Under the pieces are notes generated by a model. That model saw nothing but the letters and a program-made list of their open reading frames with translations. It did no database searches and was not told the origin of the DNA. A program made the position numbers and the translations under genes. A stretch of DNA of 51,559 nt from Paludibacteraceae bacterium (lineage in GTDB: Bacteria; Bacteroidota; Bacteroidia; Bacteroidales; Paludibacteraceae), in contig JAVBUB010000172.1 in the NCBI GenBank assembly GCA_031555675.1, positions 1 through 51,559 on the forward strand, read 5' to 3'. Shown here in pieces: positions 9,386 to 18,772 of this stretch. Position 1 is the first letter of the stretch. Every line of letters begins with the position of its first letter.

Positions 9386-10204
9386 GTGGATAAATTGCGT
9401 TTTTTTAGCTTAGCCAGTGGAAGCAGTGGTAATTGTTATTTTATAGGAAATGCCAGTCATGGTATTTTAATTGATGCCGGTATTGGTGTGCGTACCATTA
9501 AGAAAAGGCTGAAGGATTTCGGATATGGGATAGAGAATATCTTGGCTGTTTTTGTTACGCATGACCATTTTGATCATATTAAATCCGTGGGTGTGTTGGG
9601 CGAAAAGTATCACTTGCCGATATATTCAACAGAAAAAGTATTGGATGGCATTAATAAAAATTATGGCGTTACTGAAAAATTATATGGATGTAAACGTTTT
9701 CTTAAAATAGAAGAAAAAACGATCATAGCAGAGTTTTCTATTACCTCATTTCCTGTATCTCATGATGCTACGGAGAGTTTGGGCTATATTATAGAATACA
9801 AAGGAGCTAATTTTGCATTAGCCACGGATTTGGGGTATATATGTGAGCGGTGCTTGCCATATCTGAAACAGGCTAATTATTTGGTTATAGAGGCTAATTT
9901 TGATATGGAAATGTTGAATCACAGCCGTTATCCTATGTTTTTAAGAAATAGGATTCATGGAGAAAAAGGGCATTTGTGCAATGATGATACTGCTTCTTTT
10001 CTGGCGCAGCATTATCAGGGGCATTTACAATATATCTATTTATGCCATTTGAGTAAACAAAATAATACTCCCGAAAAAGCATATGATACGGTAAAAAGAG
10101 CCTTAGAAGGGAATGATGTTTATATTGGGAAAGATGTGGAGTTAGTGGTTTTACCACGTACCGATCCGAGTGAGATCTATATTTTTAATAAAGAATGGCT
10201 ATAA
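9386..10204 (+). CDS. MBL-fold metallo-hydrolase
   Basis: GTG start in the track. N-terminus FSLASGSSGNCYFIG and metal motif VTHDHFDH (HxHxDH). Confidence 0.85.
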   Translation: MDKLRFFSLASGSSGNCYFIGNASHGILIDAGIGVRTIKKRLKDFGYGIENILAVFVTHDHFDHIKSVGVLGEKYHLPIYSTEKVLDGINKNYGVTEKLYGCKRFLKIEEKTIIAEFSITSFPVSHDATESLGYIIEYKGANFALATDLGYICERCLPYLKQANYLVIEANFDMEMLNHSRYPMFLRNRIHGEKGHLCNDDTASFLAQHYQGHLQYIYLCHLSKQNNTPEKAYDTVKRALEGNDVYIGKDVELVVLPRTDPSEIYIFNKEWL

Positions 10205-10311
10205 AAATAGGTTGTACAACATGTTTTTTGGGTTTGCAGAATAAAAAATAAGTCCGATATTTGCCGCCGTTAAACTCAATCTTTTTTCCTTATTAGGACT
10301 AATACTAAAAT

Positions 10312-10344
10312 AAAAAAGGGATTCTACAAAGGATCCCTTTTTTT
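10312..10344. terminator. Possible bidirectional terminator between the convergent MBL and M16 genes
   Basis: AAAAAAGGGAT...ATCCCTTTTTTT: a short GC core (GGGAT/ATCCC) extended by A/T pairing. The stem is weak. Confidence 0.4.
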
Positions 10345-10351
10345 ATGTCGT

Positions 10352-11587
10352 TTAACGGCTTGCTTTATAATATAATGTAGACGATGTTTCTTTTATGAAG
10401 ATTTTGTTGGAAACATCTTTAATTTGTTCATTGGTTACGGCTTGATATTTCTTCAATTCCAGTTGACTATTTTCTGCACTGTCAATTAGTTCATGATAAG
10501 CCAAATCGGATGCTTTACTAAGATAGTTCATATCTGAAAATATTTTATTTGACTCGAATTTGTTTTTTACTTTTTGTAATTCTTCGTCGCTAACCACGTG
10601 ATCTATCAGCTGCTGAAGTTCTTCTTCAATCGCTTTTTCGACATCTTGCAGCGTAAATCCATTGGTAGGCTTAGCAACAAGATAAAACAATCCGGCATCA
10701 ATATCTCCCGAAATGTAAGCATTAACGTCTGTTGCTATTTTCTTCTTTTTTACCAGCGATTGGTATAGCCTAGCAGAAGTGCCGTTTGATAGGATATCCG
10801 ACAATAAATCAATACAAGGATAATTCTTGTCTTTTCTATCAGGCATTTTGTATACGCGATAAAAAGCATCTAATGGCACATTTCGCTCTACTTCTAAAAA
10901 TTTGACTTCAGTTTGTTCCGGTTCCTGTGGTAGATTACGTTTGAGCTTTGGCTGGTAAGGGATTGGAGTATAATATTTTTCGACAAGTTCTATCGTCTTT
11001 TCAAAGCTGATGTTTCCGGTTACAGCAACAATAGCATTAGATGGAATATAATGAGCGTGAAAAAACTGTTTAACATCATTCAATGTCGCGTTTTCAATAT
11101 GCGAAATATCTTTACCGATAGTACACCAACGGTAAGGATGAACTTTATATGCCATGTTCCGGATAAGAGCGGCAACATCGCCATAAGGTTGGTTGAGGTT
11201 ACGCTGTTTGAATTCTTCTATCACTACCTGCTTTTGATTATCGAGATTGCGTTGCGAAAAGTCGATTCCTCGCATCCTGTCTGCTTCCAGCCAGAACCCG
11301 ATTTCAGCATTTTGATGAGGCAAGGTAATATAATAGTTGGTAATGTCATTATTAGTCCATGCATTGCTTTCTCCACCTGCTTTTTGTATTATGCCATCAA
11401 AATCCGGAATACGCTCGGTGCCTCCAAACATCAGATGTTCGAATAAGTGTGCAAAGCCGGTTTTCTCCGGATCCTCGTCCCGGGCGCCTACATTATATAA
11501 AGTATTAATGGCAACAAGTTGGGTAGTGGCGTCTTCGTAGTGAACAACCCGAAGTCCATTGGAGAGTATGTGGCGGTTTATTTGCAT
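10352..11587 (-). CDS. M16 (pitrilysin) family zinc peptidase
   Basis: 411 aa with the inverted zinc motif HLFEHLMFGGT (HxxEH) near the N-terminus. Confidence 0.9.
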   Translation of the reverse strand: MQINRHILSNGLRVVHYEDATTQLVAINTLYNVGARDEDPEKTGFAHLFEHLMFGGTERIPDFDGIIQKAGGESNAWTNNDITNYYITLPHQNAEIGFWLEADRMRGIDFSQRNLDNQKQVVIEEFKQRNLNQPYGDVAALIRNMAYKVHPYRWCTIGKDISHIENATLNDVKQFFHAHYIPSNAIVAVTGNISFEKTIELVEKYYTPIPYQPKLKRNLPQEPEQTEVKFLEVERNVPLDAFYRVYKMPDRKDKNYPCIDLLSDILSNGTSARLYQSLVKKKKIATDVNAYISGDIDAGLFYLVAKPTNGFTLQDVEKAIEEELQQLIDHVVSDEELQKVKNKFESNKIFSDMNYLSKASDLAYHELIDSAENSQLELKKYQAVTNEQIKDVSNKIFIKETSSTLYYKASR

Positions 11588-11609
11588 GGTTTACATTTTA
11601 TTATATTTG

Positions 11610-12821
11610 TTAATTCGCAAGCAACCAATCTAAAACATTAATCTGTTTTACACCGTTTCTCGAACCTGTTTCATAATCCATCGTCAGCAGAATTTTTTCG
11701 TTGTGGTCGGGAATTTTGTCGAAAGGTGTAAGTGCCCGTGTCAAAGTTTCAGAATTTTGTACGCTTTGTGCTACTTGATAATAAACCGTGTATCCATCTT
11801 TGTTTCGAGCTACAAAATCGACCTCAACATTGTCAACTTTGCCTATCCACAGCTGATTCCCTCGTCTTAGCAACTCCAAATAAACCACATTTTCAAGCAA
11901 ATGCCCCGCATCGTTAACCAAATCTTTACCCAGCAAAGCGTTGCGAAGTCCCGTATCAACAAGATAATATTTTTCCTGCGTTTGCAAATGCTGTTTTCCT
12001 TTCACGTCATATCTGTTCACTTTGTAAAATAAAAATGCCTCAGTAAGCGTGTCGATATATCTCGAAACAGTTTTATTATCAATGCTTTTATCTCTATTTT
12101 TTAATACATTGGCTATATTTGTGGGAGAAACAGACGAACCGATAGAATCGACTAGAAAATTAACCACCTCATTATATGAATGTTCTGAATTTATTCTGTA
12201 TCGTTTCAAAATATCATTTTCATAGATATTCTTGAAAACCGTTTGCAAATATTGATAGGCATAAGAATTATTTGCCATTGACAGGCGGGCTGCTTCGGGA
12301 AAACCACCTGTGGCAATAAATTCGGAAAAGGTTTTTGCCTGATTGTCGTTTTTCTCTGTAAATTCCAAATATTCGGCAAAAGAGAAAGGCAAAACATTGA
12401 TTTCAAAGGCTCTGCCGGTAAGCAATGTAGCCAATTCGCTCGAAAGCAGGTAAGCGTTTGAGCCTGTAACATACAAATCAACATCGGGATGCACAAACAA
12501 GCCTTCGAGCAGTTTTTCAAATTGTACTACATTCTGAACTTCGTCTAAAAAGACATAATTTATTGTGCCTGCCGAAAGCAATTTGTTGATGTATTCATAC
12601 ACTTCCAACCAATTTTTTTCAGCAAGAAATCGAAATTCCGGCACATCAAAATTGATGGATAAAATTTTCGCCTCCGGATTTTCTTTATGTAATAAATCTT
12701 GATATTGCAACAATAAAGTTGACTTTCCACAACGTCGCACGCCTGTAACAACCTTTATCAAATTCTGCTCCCGCAAATTTCGCAATGTTTCTAGATAATA
12801 TGCACGAACTACTTGCTTCAT
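11610..12821 (-). CDS. AAA+ ATPase with C-terminal DUF4143-type (restriction-endonuclease-like) domain
   Basis: The best start is the ATG at 12821 (MKQVVRAYYLETL...). Walker A GVRRCGKST and Walker B VFLDEVQ are present. The C-terminus LENVVYLELLRRG...EVDFVARNKDGYTVYYQVAQS is typical of the AAA_14/DUF4143 family (COG1373-like). Confidence 0.8.
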   Translation of the reverse strand: MKQVVRAYYLETLRNLREQNLIKVVTGVRRCGKSTLLLQYQDLLHKENPEAKILSINFDVPEFRFLAEKNWLEVYEYINKLLSAGTINYVFLDEVQNVVQFEKLLEGLFVHPDVDLYVTGSNAYLLSSELATLLTGRAFEINVLPFSFAEYLEFTEKNDNQAKTFSEFIATGGFPEAARLSMANNSYAYQYLQTVFKNIYENDILKRYRINSEHSYNEVVNFLVDSIGSSVSPTNIANVLKNRDKSIDNKTVSRYIDTLTEAFLFYKVNRYDVKGKQHLQTQEKYYLVDTGLRNALLGKDLVNDAGHLLENVVYLELLRRGNQLWIGKVDNVEVDFVARNKDGYTVYYQVAQSVQNSETLTRALTPFDKIPDHNEKILLTMDYETGSRNGVKQINVLDWLLAN

Positions 12822-12848
12822 TTTCTCAACAATTAAAAACTTACAACA

Positions 12849-12856
12849 CAAAAATA
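12849..12856 (-). promoter_or_regulatory. Candidate -7 promoter box for the ATPase gene
   Basis: The plus strand reads CAAAAATA, which is TATTTTTG on the minus strand. It sits 28 nt upstream of the ATG at 12821. Confidence 0.4.
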
Positions 12857-12861
12857 ACGAA

Positions 12862-13006
12862 TTTTCCTAAAACTGCAAATTTTTTACAAGTTTTAGGAAA
12901 ATAAATATATAAATCTTCCTAAAATTTTTTAATTTCGATAAGTTTAAGGAAAATATATATAAAAAAATTCCTGAAATTTACAGAATGATATAAGTTTCAG
13001 GAATTT
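12862..13006. repeat. Three phased palindromic units (TTCCT(A/G)AAA...TTT(A/C)AGGAA), 52-bp period
   Basis: Unit 1: TTTTCCTAAAAC 12862-12873 / GTTTTAGGAAAA 12890-12901 (12/12 bp). Unit 2: TTCCTAAAA 12916-12924 / TTTAAGGAA 12943-12951 (one mismatch). Unit 3: AAATTCCTGAAA 12965-12976 / TTTCAGGAATTT 12995-13006 (12/12 bp). TTCCT cores start at 12864, 12916 and 12968; AGGAA cores at 12895, 12947 and 12999. Confidence 0.85.
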
Positions 13007-13168
13007 GAGTTTTTGAATCATTTATAAGTCAAACAGCATCTTTTGTTCTGCAAACACTCCTGTGTCTGTCGCACAAATGAAATACATGAAGCTATGCTGA
13101 ACACTTTAGCTTGTTTTTATTACTATGCTTAACGAGGGAGTATTGTCGGTTGATTTGCATTTCTCATT

Positions 13169-13253
13169 AAAAAAAGCACACGGAATACACAGAATAAACA
13201 GAAGTTGGATGTTTTATCCGTGTGTTTCTGTATAGTCCGTGTATTCCGTGTGC
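13169..13253 (-). terminator. Long-stem rho-independent terminator of purL
   Basis: GCACACGGAATACAC (13176-13190) pairs perfectly with GTGTATTCCGTGTGC (13239-13253). The arms extend to 26 nt with 3 mismatches (13176-13201 / 13228-13253). On the minus strand the hairpin is followed by T7 (A-run 13169-13175). It starts 9 nt after the purL stop. Confidence 0.7.
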
Positions 13254-13261
13254 TATTAGAA

Positions 13262-16200
13262 TTACTTTTTATTTTTCTCTATCCATTTCTTAGCATTCAC
13301 AAAAGCTTCGATCCATGGAGTGACCTGATCGGTGTTTTTGCGGTCTTGCGGATAATATGCCCATTGCCATGGGAAGATGGCGCGTTCCAGGTGAGGCATC
13401 ATGGCCAAATGGCGACCGTCTGCAGAAGCGATACCTGCTACATTATAATGTGAGCCGTTCGGGTTGGCCGGATAACCTTCATAAGAATATTTGGCTATGA
13501 TATGATAATCGGGTTCGTTTTTAGGTAACCAGAAATTTCCTTCACCGTGTGCCACCCAAATACCGATTTTAGAACCGGATAGCGAGCCAAACATCACCGA
13601 ATCGTTTTGAGGAATGTCTACACCCACAAAGTTTGATTCGAATTTATGTGATTTGTTATGCAACATTTTAGGTTTAACCTCATGGTCAGGGTTAATCAAT
13701 CCTAATTCTACCATTAACTGGCAACCGTTGCAAATACCCAGACTTAGGGTGTCGGGACGTTTGTAGAAATTATCCAGGGCTTTTTTCGCTTTTTCGTTGT
13801 ATAAGAATCCTCCGGCCCAACCTTTGGCGGAGCCTAATACGTCTGAGTTGGAGAACCCGCCGCAGAACACCACAAAGTTTACATCTTCCAATGTTTCGCG
13901 TCCGGAAACAAGATCGGTCATATGAACGTCTTTTACATCAAATCCGGCCAAGTACATGGAATAAGCCATTTCGCGTTCGCCATTCGTTCCTTTTTCACGG
14001 ATAATAGCCGCTTTGATGCCACTTGGTTTTCTGTCGGCAACCAAGTTATACTGGCTTAGTTTTCCGGTAAACGATTTGTTGAACTGATATTGCAGCGGTT
14101 GTCCCTTATAGTTCTCGAAACGTGCTTTGGCGCAGGCTTCTCCGCTTTGTTTTCTATCTAACAGATAAGAAGTTTTGTACCAAAGGTCGCGTAGATAATC
14201 AATATTGAACAAGTAGTTCTCATTGTTTTTATCAATAGATATGGTGCGCTCTTCTATTGGAGTGGCTATTTTAGCAAATCCTATACCATTATCTTGTAAT
14301 ATTTTCTCAACAGATTTGGTGTCTTTTACCTGAATAAGAATTCCCGGGTTTTCGGCAAACAGGATTTTAACCAAATCGGTTTCGGCCAATTCGTCAACAT
14401 TGACTTTTAATCCTCCGGTTGCATTGGCAAAGCACATTTCGAGCAATGCGGTAAGCATTCCACCCGCAGAAATATCATGTCCGGCTAAAATCAGGTTTTT
14501 GTTGATTAATTCCTGAACCGTATTGAACGCGTCTGCAAAATATTCAGAGTCGGTAACAGTCGGTACTTCATTTCCTAATTTATTAAGACATTGCGCGAAA
14601 GCGGAACCTCCTAATTTGAAGTTATCAAAAGAAAAATCGATAAAATAAATGGCGGTATTATTGTCTTTTACCAATACAGGGCTAACGATTTTCTTAACAT
14701 CGGAAACTTCTCCGGCAGCTGAAATAATAACCGTTCCGGGTGAGAATACCTTGTCGTTACCATATTTTTGGGTCATAGAAAGCGAGTCTTTTCCTGTGGG
14801 GATATTGATTCCCAACGCGCAGGCAAAATCAGAACAGGCTTCTACCGCTTTATATAAACGAGCGTCTTCGCCTTTGTTTCTGCAAGGCCACATCCAGTTG
14901 GCGCTTAATGAAATGCTTTCTATTTTGTTGGTTAGTGGTGCAAATACAAGGTTGGTCAAAGATTCGGCAATAGCCATTACCGAACCTGCGGCAGGATCTA
15001 TCATGGCTACTTGCGGCGCGTGTCCGATAGAAGTAGCGATACCTACCGTTCCAGTATAATCCAATGCTACGGCACCTAAGTCGCTCAACGGCAATTGAAT
15101 TTCTCCCTGGCATTGCTGGCGGGCTATTTTACCTGTTACCGAGCGGTCTACTTTGTTGGTTAACCAGTCTTTACAAGCCACCGCTTCCATTTGCAATACA
15201 TTTTCGATGTATTCGTGAATCTGGGCGTTGGTGTATTGAGGTTCGGCAAAAGTTTCTTCTACCGTTTCGTCGCGCATGTATGTTTTGGGTGCTTTACCGA
15301 AAAAGTCTTCCAACGCCATGTCGATAGGACAAGCGCCGTCTTTTTGTTCAAATACGAAACGCATATCGTTGGTTGTTTCACCCACTACATACATGGGTGA
15401 ACGTTCGCGGTCGGCTATTTTACGAATGCTTTCAACGCTTTCTTCAGGGATTAGTAATCCCATGCGTTCTTGCGATTCATTCCCTACAATTTCTTTGGCA
15501 GATAGGGTAGGATCACCTACAGGAAGTTTATCCATTTCTATTTTACCTCCGGTAGCTTCTACCAATTCGGAAAGACAGTTGAGATGGCCACCCGCGCCGT
15601 GGTCATGGATAGAAACAACAGGATTATCGTCGGATTCGGCCAAAGTACGGATAACGTTCGCGGCGCGTTTTTGCATTTCGGGGTTAGCGCGTTGCACGGC
15701 GTTTAACTCGATGCCGCTGGAATATTGTCCGGTATCTACGCTTGATACGGCTCCACCTCCCATTCCGATTCGGTAGTTATCTCCACCCAATACCACTACT
15801 TTTTCTCCGGGTTTAGGTTCACCTTTCAAAGCGTCGCGTTGGTTAGCGAAACCAACACCTCCGGCCAACATGATTACTTTATCGTAACCGTAGTTTTTAT
15901 CGTTTTCGGTATGTTCAAAAGTGAGTAAAGAACCGCAGATAAGCGGTTGGCCAAATTTGTTTCCAAAATCGGAAGCTCCGTTAGAAGCTTTTATCAAAAT
16001 CTGTTCGGGTGTTTGATACAACCATTGGCGTTCTTTGTATGGTTTTTCCCATTCGCGGCCTTCTTCGGTACGTGGGTAGGAAGTCATGTAAACAGCAGTT
16101 CCGGCGATAGGCAATGATGCTTTTCCACCGCCCAAACGGTCGCGGATTTCACCTCCGGTTCCGGTAGAGGCGCCGTTAAAAGGCTCAACTGTTGTAGGGA

Positions 16201-16954
16201 AGTTATGTGTTTCGGCTTTCAGTGAAATGACCGATTTGATTTTCTTTACCTGAAAATAATCGGGTTTATCGCCGCTGGCAGGTGCAAATTGTTCAATTTC
16301 TGGCCCTTGGTTAAAGGCTACATTATCTTTATAGGCAGAAATGAGGTCATTCGGATTGACTTCCGATGTTTTTTTAATCAGTTTAAATAAAGATGATTCT
16401 TTTTCTTCTCCGTCAATGACGAATATACCGTTGAAGATTTTATGGCGACAGTGTTCCGAGTTCACTTGAGAAAAACCGAATACTTCGCTGTCTGTCAGTT
16501 TTCTTCCATATTTTTTGCTGACATCGTTCAGGTAGTCTATTTCATCCTGACTTAGCGCCAATCCTTCTTTTTCGTTGTAAGCTTTAATGTCATCTATGTA
16601 AACAATCGGATCCGGAGTTTTGGTAATGGTAAAAATATCTTGTCCGAGATTTTCATAAATGCGTTGTAGCATAGAATCATGTTCAGCTTCTTTGTCTTTT
16701 ACTGCAAAGAACTCTTCGATGCGTGATATATTTCCGCTTAGCCCCATGTTTTGGGTAATTTCCACGGCATTGGTACTCCATGGAGTAATCATTTCGCGGC
16801 GTGGACCTACAAAAAATCCTTCAACAGATTCTTTTTCGATGAGTTTGGCATCACCAAAAAGCCATACTAATTTTTCGATATCAACAGGAGAAAATTTGCT
16901 TGCAGTTTCTACCGCGTAGAGGTTTCCGGCAGAAGGTTGGAAGAATAAAATCAT
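13262..16954 (-). CDS. purL: Phosphoribosylformylglycinamidine synthase (single-chain large PurL)
   Basis: 1230 aa with FGAM synthase motifs (SEHCRHKIF, ETHNFPT, DHGAGG) and a C-terminal glutaminase domain (GICNGCQ...VAHGEG). Confidence 0.97.
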   Translation of the reverse strand: MILFFQPSAGNLYAVETASKFSPVDIEKLVWLFGDAKLIEKESVEGFFVGPRREMITPWSTNAVEITQNMGLSGNISRIEEFFAVKDKEAEHDSMLQRIYENLGQDIFTITKTPDPIVYIDDIKAYNEKEGLALSQDEIDYLNDVSKKYGRKLTDSEVFGFSQVNSEHCRHKIFNGIFVIDGEEKESSLFKLIKKTSEVNPNDLISAYKDNVAFNQGPEIEQFAPASGDKPDYFQVKKIKSVISLKAETHNFPTTVEPFNGASTGTGGEIRDRLGGGKASLPIAGTAVYMTSYPRTEEGREWEKPYKERQWLYQTPEQILIKASNGASDFGNKFGQPLICGSLLTFEHTENDKNYGYDKVIMLAGGVGFANQRDALKGEPKPGEKVVVLGGDNYRIGMGGGAVSSVDTGQYSSGIELNAVQRANPEMQKRAANVIRTLAESDDNPVVSIHDHGAGGHLNCLSELVEATGGKIEMDKLPVGDPTLSAKEIVGNESQERMGLLIPEESVESIRKIADRERSPMYVVGETTNDMRFVFEQKDGACPIDMALEDFFGKAPKTYMRDETVEETFAEPQYTNAQIHEYIENVLQMEAVACKDWLTNKVDRSVTGKIARQQCQGEIQLPLSDLGAVALDYTGTVGIATSIGHAPQVAMIDPAAGSVMAIAESLTNLVFAPLTNKIESISLSANWMWPCRNKGEDARLYKAVEACSDFACALGINIPTGKDSLSMTQKYGNDKVFSPGTVIISAAGEVSDVKKIVSPVLVKDNNTAIYFIDFSFDNFKLGGSAFAQCLNKLGNEVPTVTDSEYFADAFNTVQELINKNLILAGHDISAGGMLTALLEMCFANATGGLKVNVDELAETDLVKILFAENPGILIQVKDTKSVEKILQDNGIGFAKIATPIEERTISIDKNNENYLFNIDYLRDLWYKTSYLLDRKQSGEACAKARFENYKGQPLQYQFNKSFTGKLSQYNLVADRKPSGIKAAIIREKGTNGEREMAYSMYLAGFDVKDVHMTDLVSGRETLEDVNFVVFCGGFSNSDVLGSAKGWAGGFLYNEKAKKALDNFYKRPDTLSLGICNGCQLMVELGLINPDHEVKPKMLHNKSHKFESNFVGVDIPQNDSVMFGSLSGSKIGIWVAHGEGNFWLPKNEPDYHIIAKYSYEGYPANPNGSHYNVAGIASADGRHLAMMPHLERAIFPWQWAYYPQDRKNTDQVTPWIEAFVNAKKWIEKNKK

Positions 16955-16983
16955 GCTTTATTTTCGGTATAAATTATTTTTTG

Positions 16984-16991
16984 CAAAAATA
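16984..16991 (-). promoter_or_regulatory. Candidate -7 promoter box for purL
   Basis: The plus strand reads CAAAAATA, which is TATTTTTG on the minus strand. It sits about 30 nt upstream of the purL ATG at 16954. Confidence 0.4.
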
Positions 16992-17031
16992 GTTATTTTA
17001 ATTTAGAATTTAGAATGAAGAATGAAAAAAC

Positions 17032-17039
17032 TACCTTTG
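17032..17039 (+). promoter_or_regulatory. Candidate -7 promoter box for the beta-barrel OMP gene
   Basis: TACCTTTG, 69 nt upstream of the ATG at 17108. Confidence 0.4.
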
Positions 17040-17107
17040 CAAAAAATATTTAGAAGTGTCGAAAATATAAATGAGGTTCGGTGCCTTTTTTTAAATCATC
17101 AAAAAAT

Positions 17108-17779
17108 ATGAAGAAAAATCTGATTGCTTTGTTGCTTCCCTTATTGGTGGCATCATCTCTTTGTGCGCAAAAGACAATAAAGCAGGAAAAATTTGGAATC
17201 TCCGGAAAATTTGGTATCTCTTTATTCGATGGCGATATAGAAAAAAATAATTCGCTTCTCCCTCAATCTGAATTGAAATTTGCCGCCGGGCTTTCTGCCG
17301 GATATTATTTTATTCCTCAACTTGGCCTTATCGCCGAATATATGTACCTTCCGTATCGCGCAAATCTATCCGGTTTGAAGTTTTCGGGCGTAACGCAATC
17401 TGCTATCTTATATCTTTCTGTCAATGTGCTTAATATTTTTAAAAATGGACGGAACCAAAGATGGAATATCTATATCAATCCCGGTATCGGATTATCATTT
17501 TATGATTCGAAATCTACCTTAAATCCATATGGAGAACCAAAGCAAGTAAGCGATATGTCTATGACTTATCCGGTGGAATTTAGTTTTGAATATAGCTTTA
17601 CTAATTATTTTGCCATATTATGGAATGCCCAATACCGTTTTTATGATAAGGATAATTTTGAAGCCATGCGTGATTTGCAAGGTAATTCGGAAGATGGATT
17701 ATATGTTTCTACTATCTCTCTTAAATATAAATTCCATAAAAAGCCCAAGAGATCATTTCCCAGAAGTTTTTGCAGGTAA
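17108..17779 (+). CDS. Outer-membrane beta-barrel protein (barrel-only paralog of the N-terminus of the 7845-9194 protein)
   Basis: The start is the ATG at 17108 (MKKNLIALLLPLLVASSLCAQ signal peptide). GISLFDGD, AEYMYL and YRFYDKDNFEA...SLKYKF align by eye with GISLFDGD, IEYNYL and YRMFNKDNLEA...GLRYKF of the larger OmpA-family protein. A short basic tail follows the terminal KYKF. Confidence 0.65.
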   Translation: MKKNLIALLLPLLVASSLCAQKTIKQEKFGISGKFGISLFDGDIEKNNSLLPQSELKFAAGLSAGYYFIPQLGLIAEYMYLPYRANLSGLKFSGVTQSAILYLSVNVLNIFKNGRNQRWNIYINPGIGLSFYDSKSTLNPYGEPKQVSDMSMTYPVEFSFEYSFTNYFAILWNAQYRFYDKDNFEAMRDLQGNSEDGLYVSTISLKYKFHKKPKRSFPRSFCR

Positions 17780-18084
17780 TACGATGTTGTGCACAGGATA
17801 CTATTTCATGATATTGATAGATATTTGCTTCGCGATATGTGTTGATATTAATTGACTTTAATAGTTTTCTGGTTATACGAATGTATTTCTTAATATCCTA
17901 ACATCAATAAATATCTATGAATATCGGTAATATAGTATACAAATGCTGAATTGCAGGAGTGATCGATACAATCAATTAAAAAAACTTTTCTTTGAAATAC
18001 GTTTTTCAAAATAAATACGTTAAATAAAGACGTGCGGCTAGAAAATGAATACTCATAAATTATTGTAAATATTTTTTTTATACG

Positions 18085-18092
18085 TATATTTG
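18085..18092 (+). promoter_or_regulatory. Candidate -7 promoter box for ruvA
   Basis: TATATTTG, 37 nt upstream of the ruvA ATG. Confidence 0.4.
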
Positions 18093-18128
18093 CGGGATAT
18101 TTTGAACAGTTATTTGCTTTAATCTGTT

Positions 18129-18710
18129 ATGATCGAATACATCAAGGGAGATATAACCGAAATTAGTCCTGCTCATGTGGTAGTTGAGGTAAACAAGATA
18201 GGCTATTTTGTAAGTATATCGCTTAACACATATAGTGCATTGTCTGATAAAACTTCATGTAAACTATATATTTATGAAGCAATCAGGGAGGATGCGCATG
18301 TGTTGTATGGTTTTTTGGATAAGCCGGAGCGTCAGTTGTTTTTGCATCTCATTTCCGTGTCGGGCATTGGTGCCAATACGGCCAGAATGATCTTGTCTTC
18401 GTTGTCTGTAGTGGAGCTAGAAGAGGTAATAGCTTCCGGGAATGTGTCGATACTTAAGAGTATCAAAGGCATTGGAGCTAAAACGGCCGAGAGGGTTATT
18501 GTAGACCTGAGGGATAAAGTGAAAAGAACAACCGAGGAAAGCATCCTGACTACCCATAAAGATAACGAAACTAAAAATGAAGCACTAGCAGCTCTTGTCA
18601 TGCTTGGATTTAACCAGTCTGCTTCACAAAAAGTAGTAAACAAGATATTGACGGAAAACCCGGTATTATCCGTAGAACAAGTATTGAAACAAGCATTGAA
18701 ATTGTTGTAA
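18129..18710 (+). CDS. ruvA: Holliday junction branch migration complex subunit RuvA
   Basis: 193 aa: MIEYIKGDI...[26 protein letters not shown]...[16 protein letters not shown] (paired HhH motifs). Confidence 0.95.
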   Translation: MIEYIKGDITEISPAHVVVEVNKIGYFVSISLNTYSALSDKTSCKLYIYEAIREDAHVLYGFLDKPERQLFLHLISVSGIGANTARMILSSLSVVELEEVIASGNVSILKSIKGIGAKTAERVIVDLRDKVKRTTEESILTTHKDNETKNEALAALVMLGFNQSASQKVVNKILTENPVLSVEQVLKQALKLL

Positions 18711-18772
18711 ATGATTTCAATTTATCATTTTACATTTTCGCTATTATTGACTGACTCAAAAAGAGAGAGGTT

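Noticed and set aside
12862-13006. Possible degenerate CRISPR array or CRISPR leader (repeated about 36-bp units with a GTTTTAGGAA-like sequence).
   Set aside because: There are only three units. The conserved parts are the two arms of a palindrome rather than a direct repeat with unique spacers. The 'spacers' are similar AT-rich filler. No cas genes are in the window.
14649-15776. Several 70-170-aa ORFs on both strands inside purL. Similar ones occur inside sprA (for example 19406-20011 and 21658-22023), the TPR gene (5336-5824) and pheS (41847-42362).
   Set aside because: All are embedded in long, motif-rich genes and have skewed, low-complexity compositions. I treat them as frame shadows.
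17740-17779. Basic tail (HKKPKRSFPRSFCR) after the terminal KYKF strand of the barrel-only OMP, as evidence of a truncated OmpA-family pseudogene.
   Set aside because: No recognisable TSP3 or OmpA_C remnants were seen in any frame of the 350-bp downstream spacer. This cannot be decided without alignment to orthologues, so it is left as an intact barrel-only gene.
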